64,000 nucleotides of DNA from Gammaproteobacteria bacterium (GTDB taxonomy: Bacteria; Pseudomonadota; Gammaproteobacteria; Legionellales; Legionellaceae), in contig JAUICE010000002.1 of NCBI GenBank assembly GCA_030428185.1, positions 14,000 to 77,999 on the forward strand, written 5' to 3'. This document shows, one piece after another, positions 18,441 through 27,563 of this stretch (positions are counted from its first letter, which is position 1; each line of letters starts with the position of its first letter). A model generated the notes under the pieces. It had not been told where the DNA came from, searched no databases, and worked only from the letters and a program-made list of their open reading frames with translations. The translations under genes and the position numbers were made by a program.

Positions 18441-19786
18441 AAATTTGTAGGTGTTATTTGAACACAACCCCTTAGAAATTGACCCTCAAAACAAAAGTCA
18501 GTGTAGTTTTTTTTCTTCTCTGTCGAGAACACAAATCTTGGATCAATCTCACACAAGCGTCTTGTATTTTGAATCTGTTTGCTATTTTTAGGTGGAATAT
18601 TATGGAAATAGGAAAAGGATACATTATTATGAAGCTCAGAGAATACTGTTCCAGATAACATAGAGCTTTCTTTGCTCATTTCCTCAATAAATCTAGACAG
18701 AATACCATCCATAATTTCAATTTCCTGATTGGCAGTTACTCTTTCATTTTTCTTTGTCAAAAAATGGGGGGTAGTTGGATTTTGGAATGAATAATATACA
18801 GGATCTTTTTCCAACTCATATGAGAGCGAGTGGGGTACCATTATAGTCGGAAATTTCTTTAACTGAAAAGATTCGGAGATCAAAGGTTGAATTTCATCTA
18901 TAGGTAAGAGTTCATTATTAACAGCAGGAATATATCCGGGGTGTTCACCAAGAGCGATCTTAATAAGATGAATAGCAGAGTTCGTTAAATATGGACTGGA
19001 TATTCTAAGATTCCTATCTTTTTGAACTTTTGAATAGAAAATATCATAGAATACACTATTTGAATTAAAAGAATCTTTCGTGCTTTTACCTTCTAAAATA
19101 TAGTTTTTTACTTGCTCCCAGGCTGAGTCATTAGTAATTGCATTTATCCACTTGCTGCTGAAATAAGCCAAGCATAATTTCCATTTTGTATCACTACATT
19201 CACTAATAGCCTTAAAGAGAGAAAAATGATCTGATGATTTTCTTGGTGTAGAAATATCAGCTCCAATATTCCTTTTAAGTCTGTTGATTCCTATATGGCT
19301 ATTAATACTTGGAAGCATGAAGGCAGTTCTTGAGCCGGCGGTCGCTTTTAATATGCCATTTGGAGTATAAATTCTACCTTTTTGTTTCTTTAGAAGAATG
19401 CCTTTGTTGAAAATTGTGCCTGGGCCATCTACTTGAAAGGGTATCACTTGGTCTGAAAACTCAATGTAGTATTCAAGTTGTTTCTCAAGTATTACGCCTA
19501 GTGGTGATGAAAACATACCATAGCCAAGATCAGTAACAATCTTTTTATCTACATCCGGGGATGACATGCTTATAAAACCACCATCCTGCGTAGGTAAAAA
19601 TGAGTTCGATGTATCGCCCTTTAGCATCCCGTATGGAAAATATAAGAGATAAATTGGAAAACTCTTACCTGGAGAAACATCATCAATCAATTTTGTTAAG
19701 TGAGGATCAACTTTACTAAATCTTCCTCTTACATTATCCCACGAGGTTCTTACAGTTCCTTTATTTTCATCATTTGATACTAACAT
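18437..19786 (-). CDS. Hypothetical protein, 449 aa, no recognisable family; convergent with the methyltransferase and overlapping it by 4 nt
   Basis: A long uninterrupted ORF in AT-rich cargo DNA. Its stop codon shares the palindrome CTAG with the methyltransferase stop. No TM segment, signal peptide or catalytic motif was recognised by eye. Confidence 0.6.
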   Translation of the reverse strand: MLVSNDENKGTVRTSWDNVRGRFSKVDPHLTKLIDDVSPGKSFPIYLLYFPYGMLKGDTSNSFLPTQDGGFISMSSPDVDKKIVTDLGYGMFSSPLGVILEKQLEYYIEFSDQVIPFQVDGPGTIFNKGILLKKQKGRIYTPNGILKATAGSRTAFMLPSINSHIGINRLKRNIGADISTPRKSSDHFSLFKAISECSDTKWKLCLAYFSSKWINAITNDSAWEQVKNYILEGKSTKDSFNSNSVFYDIFYSKVQKDRNLRISSPYLTNSAIHLIKIALGEHPGYIPAVNNELLPIDEIQPLISESFQLKKFPTIMVPHSLSYELEKDPVYYSFQNPTTPHFLTKKNERVTANQEIEIMDGILSRFIEEMSKESSMLSGTVFSELHNNVSFSYFHNIPPKNSKQIQNTRRLCEIDPRFVFSTEKKKNYTDFCFEGQFLRGCVQITPTNF

Positions 19787-19985
19787 CTTGATAACTTAAC
19801 AGCTCGATATAAATACACTTATAAAAATGGTTTTTATAAGTATTATACATTATGCCTTTTAAAAGTGATTTGGTAAATAAGAGATTTGTGTTCGAATAAC
19901 AGCCAATTAGATTGGCTAAATAAATTTTTAGGAGAATGACAGGAACATGATTAATTTAAGTTAGGAGTAAAAAAATTTTTTTCAA

Positions 19986-20222
19986 ATGAATTCAACAAAT
20001 GGAGTAATCTCAATGCAAAAAAGAAATTCTAAGGAATTGCCGCAGGAAATTTTATTTATCACCGATATTGAAAAAATGATTGGAAGAAATCGATTAACGC
20101 TGCGACGTTGGTGGACCGATGGTAAATTTCCTAAGCCTATCAAACTACACGGAACTACGCTGGCATGGTCAAAAAGTACAATTGAAAGATGGATTGAAGA
20201 TAGTATAGAGATCAAAAATTAA
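19986..20222 (+). CDS. alpA: AlpA-family (prophage CP4-57-type) HTH regulator/excisionase
   Basis: ILFITDIEKMIGRNRLTLRRWWTDGKFPKPIKLHGTTLAWSKSTIERWI matches the AlpA pattern (…RSTIYRL…G.FP.P..LG…V.W…EV..W). It lies upstream of the integrase. Confidence 0.8.
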   Translation: MNSTNGVISMQKRNSKELPQEILFITDIEKMIGRNRLTLRRWWTDGKFPKPIKLHGTTLAWSKSTIERWIEDSIEIKN

Positions 20223-20245
20223 ATCAAGTTTTACAAGGATGAAAA

Positions 20246-20623
20246 ATGAGTAACTTATCAATTCTGCCTAGACTCATTCGTCTTAGAGATGCCCCCTCAT
20301 ATCTGGGCATGGATCGGCACCGTTTTAACAAAGAAGTAAGACCCAAAGTGACAGAAGTCCCTATGGGAACACAAGGAATAGCCTTCGATAGGCTTGATTT
20401 AGATGCTTGGGTCGACGATTATATACGCTGTAGTGGTCGTCCTGCGGTAGCCAAGCAGAGGAGTTTGGAACAATGGGACGAAAAAAATCGCCAGGTCTCT
20501 TTAAAAGGGGAAACTACTGGCATATCGATAAAGCGATCTTTGGATGTCGTATTCGAGAAAGCACTGGTACGAGCAACCTCGAAGAAGCAGAGAAATACTT
20601 TGCAAAACGTATCGAAGAAATAA
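20246..20623 (+). CDS. Second excisionase/AlpA-like small DNA-binding protein
   Basis: RLIRLRDAPSYLGMDRHRFNKEVRPKV...GIAFDRLDLDAWVDDY resembles excisionase-family HTH proteins. The 3' 151 nt overlap the integrase in another frame. Confidence 0.55.
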   Translation: MSNLSILPRLIRLRDAPSYLGMDRHRFNKEVRPKVTEVPMGTQGIAFDRLDLDAWVDDYIRCSGRPAVAKQRSLEQWDEKNRQVSLKGETTGISIKRSLDVVFEKALVRATSKKQRNTLQNVSKK

Positions 20624-21597
20624 GGCAGGCAAGTGTATTTGGTGTTCGCCCCAAGCGTACTTTTATGGAGGCAGCTATTAAGTATCTGGATGAGAATCAA
20701 CATAAACGGAGTATTAGTGATGATGCAGGTCGCTTGCGAAATCTTGTTCAGTATATAGGTAAATTACCTTTGGATGCGATTCACATGGGTACTTTGCAAC
20801 CTTTTATTGATGGTAGGCGCAAAGATGGCGTAAAAACACGAACCATTAATCATGGTTTGAAAATTGTACGCCGAATAGCGAACTTATCTTCAACAGAGTG
20901 GATCGATGAGTATGGGCTGACTTGGTTGGCTACCCCACCAAAGATAAAATTACTACCAGAGCATGATTTACGCAAGCCTTATCCGTTAAGTTGGGAGGAG
21001 CAACAAAAACTTTTTTCTGAGTTACCTTCTCATTTAGAAAAGATGGCATTATTTGCTGTCAATACTGGATGCCGTGAAAGAGAAGTGTGTCGACTACAAT
21101 GGGACTGGGAAATAAAAATCTCTGAAATGTCACATTTGACGGTATTTATCATTCCTCCTGAGCTTGTTAAAAATGGTGATGAACGACTTGTTGTTTGTAA
21201 TCAAGTTGCAAAATCGGCTGTAGATAGTCAGCGAGGAGTACATGAAAAATATGTTTTTACCTTTAAAGGGCGGCCGGTTACTCGTATAAATAATACTGGA
21301 TGGAAGGAGGCTCGCAAGAAAGCTGGATTAGAGTTTGTAAGAGTCCATGACTTAAAACATACTTTTGGTAGGCGATTACGCTCTGTTAGTGTGAGTTTTG
21401 AAGACAGGCAGGATTTATTGGGGCATCGCTCTGGCAGAATAACAACGCACTATTCATCAGCCGAGTTGCAAAATTTATATGATGCTGCAAATAAGGTTTG
21501 CGAGAAAAAACAGAGTGGGGTAGTACTTACTTTGTTACGCAACCCTAATAACCGAAAGATAGAAACAAAGCAAAATAAGAGCGCTGTGCGCTTATAA
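20473..21597 (+). CDS. int: Tyrosine recombinase / phage-type integrase
   Basis: The N-terminus GLFKRGNYWHID is typical of P4-like integrases. Catalytic signatures TGCREREV (Arg), HDLKHTFGRRLR (H-x-x-R) and LLGHRSGRITTHYS (His...Tyr) are present. GAGGAG lies 9 nt before the ATG, and the gene is adjacent to a tRNA. Confidence 0.92.
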   Translation: MGRKKSPGLFKRGNYWHIDKAIFGCRIRESTGTSNLEEAEKYFAKRIEEIRQASVFGVRPKRTFMEAAIKYLDENQHKRSISDDAGRLRNLVQYIGKLPLDAIHMGTLQPFIDGRRKDGVKTRTINHGLKIVRRIANLSSTEWIDEYGLTWLATPPKIKLLPEHDLRKPYPLSWEEQQKLFSELPSHLEKMALFAVNTGCREREVCRLQWDWEIKISEMSHLTVFIIPPELVKNGDERLVVCNQVAKSAVDSQRGVHEKYVFTFKGRPVTRINNTGWKEARKKAGLEFVRVHDLKHTFGRRLRSVSVSFEDRQDLLGHRSGRITTHYSSAELQNLYDAANKVCEKKQSGVVLTLLRNPNNRKIETKQNKSAVRL

Positions 21598-21681
21598 ATT
21601 GTTTTGTGGCCCACAAAATCCCCACAAGGATTTTATGGAATAGAAGGGTCAGTTTTAACTTGTTGATTTTAAAGAGTTATA

Positions 21682-21758
<77 letters not shown>

Positions 21759-21805
21759 GAGATGCCGCAGAGAACACTGCGGCAAAATAGACAGCAACTT
21801 TAAGC

Positions 21806-23626
21806 TTACTTTTCCTCGGTGTCAATAAAGCTACGTAATTTTTCTGAGCGCGAAGGATGTCTTAGCTTACGCAAAGCTTTTGCTTCAATTTGACGAATAC
21901 GCTCACGCGTCACATCAAACTGCTTACCAACCTCTTCTAGGGTATGATCCGTATTCATGTCAATACCAAAGCGCATTCTCAACACCTTTGCCTCTCTTGG
22001 TGAAAGGGTATGCAGAATTTCAAGCGTTGCTTCTTTTAATCCTTCAGACATAGCTTTATCAATTGGCGAGTCAATATTCACATCTTCAATAAAGTCACCT
22101 AAATGCGAGTCTTCATCATCACCAACTGGTGTTTCCATAGAAATTGGCTCTTTAGCAATCTTCAAAACTTTACGAATTTTATCCTCAGATAAATCCATTT
22201 TTTTCGATAGTTCTTCTGGAGTTGCTTCACGCCCCGTTTCCTGAAGAATTTGTCTTGAAATACGATTGAGCTTATTAATTGTTTCTATCATATGAACTGG
22301 GATACGGATCGTTCTTGCCTGATCAGCAATTGAGCGCGTAATAGCCTGACGAATCCACCAAGTTGCATAAGTAGAGAATTTATAACCACGACGGTATTCA
22401 AACTTATCCACCGCTTTCATCAAGCCAATATTACCTTCTTGAATCAAATCTAAAAATTGTAGACCACGATTCGTATATTTCTTCGCAATAGAAATAACCA
22501 AGCGTAAGTTCGCTTCGACCATTTCCTTTTTAGCACGACGCGCTTTCGCTTCACCAATCGACATACTGCGATTAACCGACTTAATCTCAACAATCGATAA
22601 ACTATACTGCTCTTCAAGCGCTTTCAATTTTCGCTGTAAACGCTGTACCTCGATAGCAAAATCGCCAAGCTCTCCATGTTTATCCGTCCATGAAAGATCT
22701 GTCTCATGACCAGGAAAAGACTTGATAAAAATCTTTCTTTTCATCTTCACTTTATTAATACAAATCTTCATGACATCACGTTCATGTGCACGAATTTCAG
22801 TAAGCATATTTCTTACATAACGAGTTAGCTTATCAACCTGCCTAGGCGCCAGCTTAATTTTTAGAAATGCTTCACTCATTGCATCAATGGCTGCTTGTGA
22901 TTTCTTGTGCTCACGACCATGCTTTTCTATAAGAGAAAGTGCTGCATCATAATGTTTACGAATTTCGGTAAAGCACTCTCTTGCTCTTTCTGGATCTGGA
23001 CCGGTATCTCCCTCGTCTCCATCATCATCGTCGTCATCAATATCATCATCAATATTTTGATCATCAGATAACACACTACCAATTTCACTCACTGGAGCAT
23101 CATCCTCATCTTCAGCAAAGCCTGTGATTAGCTCACCTAAACGCATATCTTCAGCTTCGATATGGTCATATTTCTCTAATATCAACTTGATGGTTTGCGG
23201 ATAGCGGGCGAGAGAAGTCAGTACTTGGTGAATACCTTCTTCAATTCTTTTAGCAATTTTAATCTCACCTTCACGCGTAAGAAGCTCGACCGTTCCCATC
23301 TCACGCATATACATTCGAACTGGATCCGTTGTTCGCCCCGTCTCTTTGTCCACAGAAGCGAGCACGGAAGCTGCTTCATCTAAATCATCAGGTGTTTCTT
23401 CTGTATCTTCTCCAAGTAACGCCAGTTCATCTTCACTTGGTGGCTGCTCAAAGACTTTAATGTTCATATTCTCGAGCATGCCAATAATGACATCAAAATG
23501 ATCTGCATCAACAATATTGGTTAATACATCATTAATATCGGCATAAGATAGATAGGTTTGCTCTTTACCTTTTTTGATTAGCGCGGTGATTTGCGAGCGT
23601 TGCTGTTCTTGATCGGTGATATTCAT
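21806..23626 (-). CDS. rpoD: RNA polymerase primary sigma factor sigma-70
   Basis: 606 aa with an acidic region 1.1/NCR ([15 protein letters not shown]), region 2 ([37 protein letters not shown]) and region 4 ([28 protein letters not shown]). Confidence 0.98.
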   Translation of the reverse strand: MNITDQEQQRSQITALIKKGKEQTYLSYADINDVLTNIVDADHFDVIIGMLENMNIKVFEQPPSEDELALLGEDTEETPDDLDEAASVLASVDKETGRTTDPVRMYMREMGTVELLTREGEIKIAKRIEEGIHQVLTSLARYPQTIKLILEKYDHIEAEDMRLGELITGFAEDEDDAPVSEIGSVLSDDQNIDDDIDDDDDDGDEGDTGPDPERARECFTEIRKHYDAALSLIEKHGREHKKSQAAIDAMSEAFLKIKLAPRQVDKLTRYVRNMLTEIRAHERDVMKICINKVKMKRKIFIKSFPGHETDLSWTDKHGELGDFAIEVQRLQRKLKALEEQYSLSIVEIKSVNRSMSIGEAKARRAKKEMVEANLRLVISIAKKYTNRGLQFLDLIQEGNIGLMKAVDKFEYRRGYKFSTYATWWIRQAITRSIADQARTIRIPVHMIETINKLNRISRQILQETGREATPEELSKKMDLSEDKIRKVLKIAKEPISMETPVGDDEDSHLGDFIEDVNIDSPIDKAMSEGLKEATLEILHTLSPREAKVLRMRFGIDMNTDHTLEEVGKQFDVTRERIRQIEAKALRKLRHPSRSEKLRSFIDTEEK

Positions 23627-23829
23627 AGTACTCCAACGACTTTTATAAAATGAAAAAACGCCACATCAACGATTGCAACTATTACTGACCCTTGGCCCCA
23701 GCGCTTTTTATCAAGAAATACGCTCATAAAAATAGTTGACACTTGTCAAATATGCTTAGACTAAACTGGTGAATTATATACCAAAAGCAGTCTATTTGGC
23801 AAAGCTCAAAATTATAGTGTTTCATACGC

Positions 23830-25557
23830 CTATGAAGGCATCTGCTCTTGCTGTTTTTGCTTACGAATAAGCTTTTGTAACAAAATCCGCTCTGAATCAG
23901 AAATCGTCTGATCAGAAGCCTTCTTTAGCAACAACTCGATTTGAGATTGGGTACTACTCTGCTGCAAATAGTAAAAAGCACCCTCAAGCTCTTCGAGTAG
24001 ACCTTCGTTAGGAATAGAAAGAGGTGTATTGGCTAGTTTCATAATCACCGCCATTTCTTTTGGCTGTGGTCTAAAATACTCTAAAATCTGAGATGTTTTA
24101 CTTTTTATCGGTAATATTTCGAGTAGCTTTTTAAATAACTCATTACCAGGTAGCGCTAAGTGTGTAAAATCATAGTGATGGTGAATGGCATGAAATAATT
24201 CTGGATTTTGAACTAATATTGCTAGAGCTTGGCGCATAATAGATGGTTTTGTATCAATAGATTTTGACGTATTGTCCACTCTATCTAGTTCACTGATGTG
24301 CTGCTCTAGCTGAACGATATCCATTCTCGCAATTCGCGCAAGCTCATCTTTCATCATATCGCGATAGCTAGATGCTGGAATCGTTTCAAATAGTGGTTTG
24401 GCCTTTGCGATGAATGCACTACGCCCAGACATGTTCGATAAATCTAAATTTTCTCGAAGATAATTCATAAAAAAGTGATGAATTGGTGTCGAGTGTTCTA
24501 AAAGCTTTAAGAAATAACTCGATCCGTGTTGTTGACAAATAGAGTCCGGATCTTCGCCTTCAGGTAAAAAAACAAAACGTAAATCTAATCCCTCTTGCAA
24601 CAAGGGTAAACTCAACCGCAAGCTACGTTTAGCCGCCTCTCTACCTGCAGCATCTCCATCAAAACAAAAATATAGTTTAGAGCGTGTTGCAATCAATCGT
24701 TGTAAATGTGATGTTGTTAAGCTTGTGCCTAAAGTTGCACAAGCATTATCAATACCATGCTCAAACAAAGCCACCACATCCATATATCCCTCAACAACAA
24801 TAAGCGCATCACTTTTAGTTTTTTTTGAAAAATTAAGCGCATATAGCTCATGAGATTTATGAAACAGCGGTGTTTCTGGAGAGTTTAAATATTTAGGTTT
24901 GTCCTCTTTATTGAGTGTGCGACCACCAAATGCAATCACCAGACCTTTTCTATCAAAAATGGGGAACATTAAGCGATTTCGAAAACGAGAGTAAATATTA
25001 CCCTTATCATTTTTGACTAACATTCCAAGCTCGGTTAGTGCACTCTGTTGACCAGGAAAACTCTCCTCTAACTCATTCCAGCTATTTTTCGCAAAGCCCA
25101 AATGAAAATACTTAGCTGTTTTACCAGAAATTCCTCTTGCCTTTAGATAAGAGATAGCTTCTTTAGAAACTTTCAGATTCTGCTGATATAAAGCATCAAC
25201 TTTTACCAGTAAATCTTTTTGCGATAATGTTTGTGCACTTGGCTGGTAGGTTACATTCTCTTGGGGAAGGCTCATACCCGCGCGGCTTGAAAGCATCTCT
25301 AAAGCATCAATAAAATCATACTGTAAATAATCCATTAAAAAGCTAATCGCATTACCGCTTTGTTTACAACCAAAACAATGGTAAAAGCCTTTTTGCTCCA
25401 TAACATAAAATGAAGGTGTTTTTTCCTGATGAAAAGGGCAGCACGCTTTAAAATTAGCGCCTTCTTTTTTTAAAGGAACATGTTCATCGATAAGCTGAGA
25501 TAACGAGGTCTTATCAAGCACTTCATCAATAAATGATTGCGGGATGCGCTTGGCCAT
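23830..25557 (-). CDS. dnaG: DNA primase
   Basis: Zinc finger CPFHQEKTPSFYV...YHCFGC, TOPRIM region (VVEGYMDVV), 575 aa, in rpsU-dnaG-rpoD synteny. Confidence 0.96.
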   Translation of the reverse strand: MAKRIPQSFIDEVLDKTSLSQLIDEHVPLKKEGANFKACCPFHQEKTPSFYVMEQKGFYHCFGCKQSGNAISFLMDYLQYDFIDALEMLSSRAGMSLPQENVTYQPSAQTLSQKDLLVKVDALYQQNLKVSKEAISYLKARGISGKTAKYFHLGFAKNSWNELEESFPGQQSALTELGMLVKNDKGNIYSRFRNRLMFPIFDRKGLVIAFGGRTLNKEDKPKYLNSPETPLFHKSHELYALNFSKKTKSDALIVVEGYMDVVALFEHGIDNACATLGTSLTTSHLQRLIATRSKLYFCFDGDAAGREAAKRSLRLSLPLLQEGLDLRFVFLPEGEDPDSICQQHGSSYFLKLLEHSTPIHHFFMNYLRENLDLSNMSGRSAFIAKAKPLFETIPASSYRDMMKDELARIARMDIVQLEQHISELDRVDNTSKSIDTKPSIMRQALAILVQNPELFHAIHHHYDFTHLALPGNELFKKLLEILPIKSKTSQILEYFRPQPKEMAVIMKLANTPLSIPNEGLLEELEGAFYYLQQSSTQSQIELLLKKASDQTISDSERILLQKLIRKQKQQEQMPS

Positions 25558-25644
25558 TTGGCTTGCTTCTCACTCAAATATTCTCACAGATTGGCTATTA
25601 TATACCGAATCTACTTAGAAATGTGAACGTTAGGCTTTGATATT

Positions 25645-26091
25645 TTATTGCAACCTGGATTTAACCATTTGAGACACCATTCCCATATCTGCAATCCCTT
25701 TAAGCTTAGCGGTCAAAAGCCCCATCACTTTACCCATATCTTTAGGTGACTGCGCATTTGTTTCGGCAATAATTGCCTCTACATGCTGTAGAACCTCTTC
25801 TTCATTCAATTGCTTAGGTAAATATGACTCAATAATCTCTAGCTCGGAACGCTCTATAGCAACAAGATCATCTCTACTGGCTTTTTCAAACTGAGAAATA
25901 GATTCTTTTCTCTGTTTTGCCAGTTTAAGGAGAATATTCAATACATCTTCGTCGGTTAATGTCTTTCGACTATCAACCTCTTGCTGCTTGATGGCGGCTA
26001 GAATAGAACGAATGGTTGCAAGCCGCGCCTTTTCTTTGGCGCGCATTGCTTCTTTCATTTGCTGAGTAAGGGTGTCTTTTAGTGAACTCAT
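25645..26091 (-). CDS. yqeY: GatB/YqeY-domain protein
   Basis: 148 aa with the typical N-terminus (LKDTLTQQMKEAMRAKEKARLATIRSILAAIKQ). It lies between rpsU and dnaG. Confidence 0.85.
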   Translation of the reverse strand: MSSLKDTLTQQMKEAMRAKEKARLATIRSILAAIKQQEVDSRKTLTDEDVLNILLKLAKQRKESISQFEKASRDDLVAIERSELEIIESYLPKQLNEEEVLQHVEAIIAETNAQSPKDMGKVMGLLTAKLKGIADMGMVSQMVKSRLQ

Positions 26092-26129
26092 CTTGTGTTC
26101 TTTATTGGCTAATAATCTATGATATTTTC

Positions 26130-26366
26130 TTAAGAGTCACGACGACGGCGACGCTTTAGTTGCCTTTTAACTGATTGTTCTCTCTGAACTTTTTTCATGT
26201 GACGCTTAACTGCTGCTGCTTGCTTACGCTTTCTTTCAGCAGTTGGTTTTTCATAAAACTCTCGACGGCGTGACTCTGTCAATACACCGGCTTTCTCACA
26301 AGAGCGTTTAAAACGGCGTAAAGCGTATTCTGGGCTCTCGCCTTCTTTCACTCTCACTGTTGGCAT
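26130..26366 (-). CDS. rpsU: 30S ribosomal protein S21
   Basis: [48 protein letters not shown] is a canonical S21 sequence, here with a basic C-terminal tail. Confidence 0.96.
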   Translation of the reverse strand: MPTVRVKEGESPEYALRRFKRSCEKAGVLTESRRREFYEKPTAERKRKQAAAVKRHMKKVQREQSVKRQLKRRRRRDS

Positions 26367-26534
26367 TTGTTATCCTCTAGTACAAAAAATAAACCCGAAT
26401 TCTAGCGACAAAGTGCGGCTAAAGCAACTCTTTGGCTAAAAAATCCCCTTAATCAAAATGGCTATGCGATTTGATTTCCAATTGGGATATTATAGAATGT
26501 CGATAAATCGAGCAATACCCATACAATCGTATTA

Positions 26535-27551
26535 ATGAAAATCCTTGGAATAGAGTCTTCTTGTGATGAAACCGCTGTCGCTCTGTATGATAGTCACGTA
26601 GGGCTTCTTGGCCACAAACTTTTTAGTCAGGTAGCAATACATCGTGAGTTTGGTGGCGTGGTTCCTGAGCTAGCTTCACGAGATCATATAAAAAAATTAC
26701 CCGCATTAGTCAAATCATTATTAAATGAAGTCAAGTTATCTTTTGCAGATATAGATGGTATTGCTTACACCAAAGGGCCTGGCTTACAAGGCGCACTACT
26801 GGTAGGAGCCACATTTGCAAAGTCACTCGCTTTTGCATTAGATATTCCAGCACTTGGCGTTAATCATCTCGAAGGACACTTGTGGGCGGCGCTATTGGAA
26901 CAAGATAAACCTAAGCTACCATTTGTGATGCTATTAGTATCGGGCGGGCATACACAGTTGCTGTATGTTAGAGCACTAGGTGATTATGAGCTTCTAGGAG
27001 AAACTCTAGACGATGCGTGTGGTGAGGCATTTGATAAAACGGCCAAATTATTAGGGCTTTCCTATCCCGGTGGGCCCGCTCTTGCGAAGCTTGCAGAAAG
27101 TGGTAATGAAAACGCTTATTCATTTTCTAAACCCATGGTCAATCGTCAAGGACTAGATATGAGCTTTAGCGGATTAAAAACTCAAGTAGCTAATACCTGG
27201 CACCATTCAGATAAATCTCAGCAAACAAAAGCAAATATTGCCGCAAGCTTTCAGAAAACCGTTTGCGAAACACTGTTAATTAAATGCAAGCGTGCATTAA
27301 TACAAACCGAGTGTAAACAATTAGTCTGTGCTGGTGGCGTTGGAGCAAACTTAAAACTCAGGGAAAAACTTAGACTACTGATGAATGAAACAGGCGGTGC
27401 TTGTTATTTTCCCTCTATAGAGTTTTGTACTGATAACGGTGCTATGATTGCCTATTTAGGAACCCTGTTAATGCAAAAAGGTTTAAACGATTGTAACTTA
27501 AACATAGAGGTCAGAGCACGCTGGCCTATAGAAAAACACTCTACTAAATAA
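26535..27551 (+). CDS. tsaD: tRNA N6-adenosine threonylcarbamoyltransferase
   Basis: MKILGIESSCDETAVALYD..., the HLEGHL metal site, 338 aa, divergent from rpsU as in many gammaproteobacteria. Confidence 0.96.
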   Translation: MKILGIESSCDETAVALYDSHVGLLGHKLFSQVAIHREFGGVVPELASRDHIKKLPALVKSLLNEVKLSFADIDGIAYTKGPGLQGALLVGATFAKSLAFALDIPALGVNHLEGHLWAALLEQDKPKLPFVMLLVSGGHTQLLYVRALGDYELLGETLDDACGEAFDKTAKLLGLSYPGGPALAKLAESGNENAYSFSKPMVNRQGLDMSFSGLKTQVANTWHHSDKSQQTKANIAASFQKTVCETLLIKCKRALIQTECKQLVCAGGVGANLKLREKLRLLMNETGGACYFPSIEFCTDNGAMIAYLGTLLMQKGLNDCNLNIEVRARWPIEKHSTK

Positions 27552-27563
27552 AAAAGGTATAAA

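Noticed and set aside
23736-23749. Palindrome TTGACA-ct-TGTCAA in the dnaG-rpoD spacer, considered as an rpoD -35 element
   Set aside because: No acceptable -10 hexamer lies 16-18 nt downstream on the rpoD strand. The best candidate is TATGAG at a 15-nt spacing, so a promoter cannot be supported from sequence alone.
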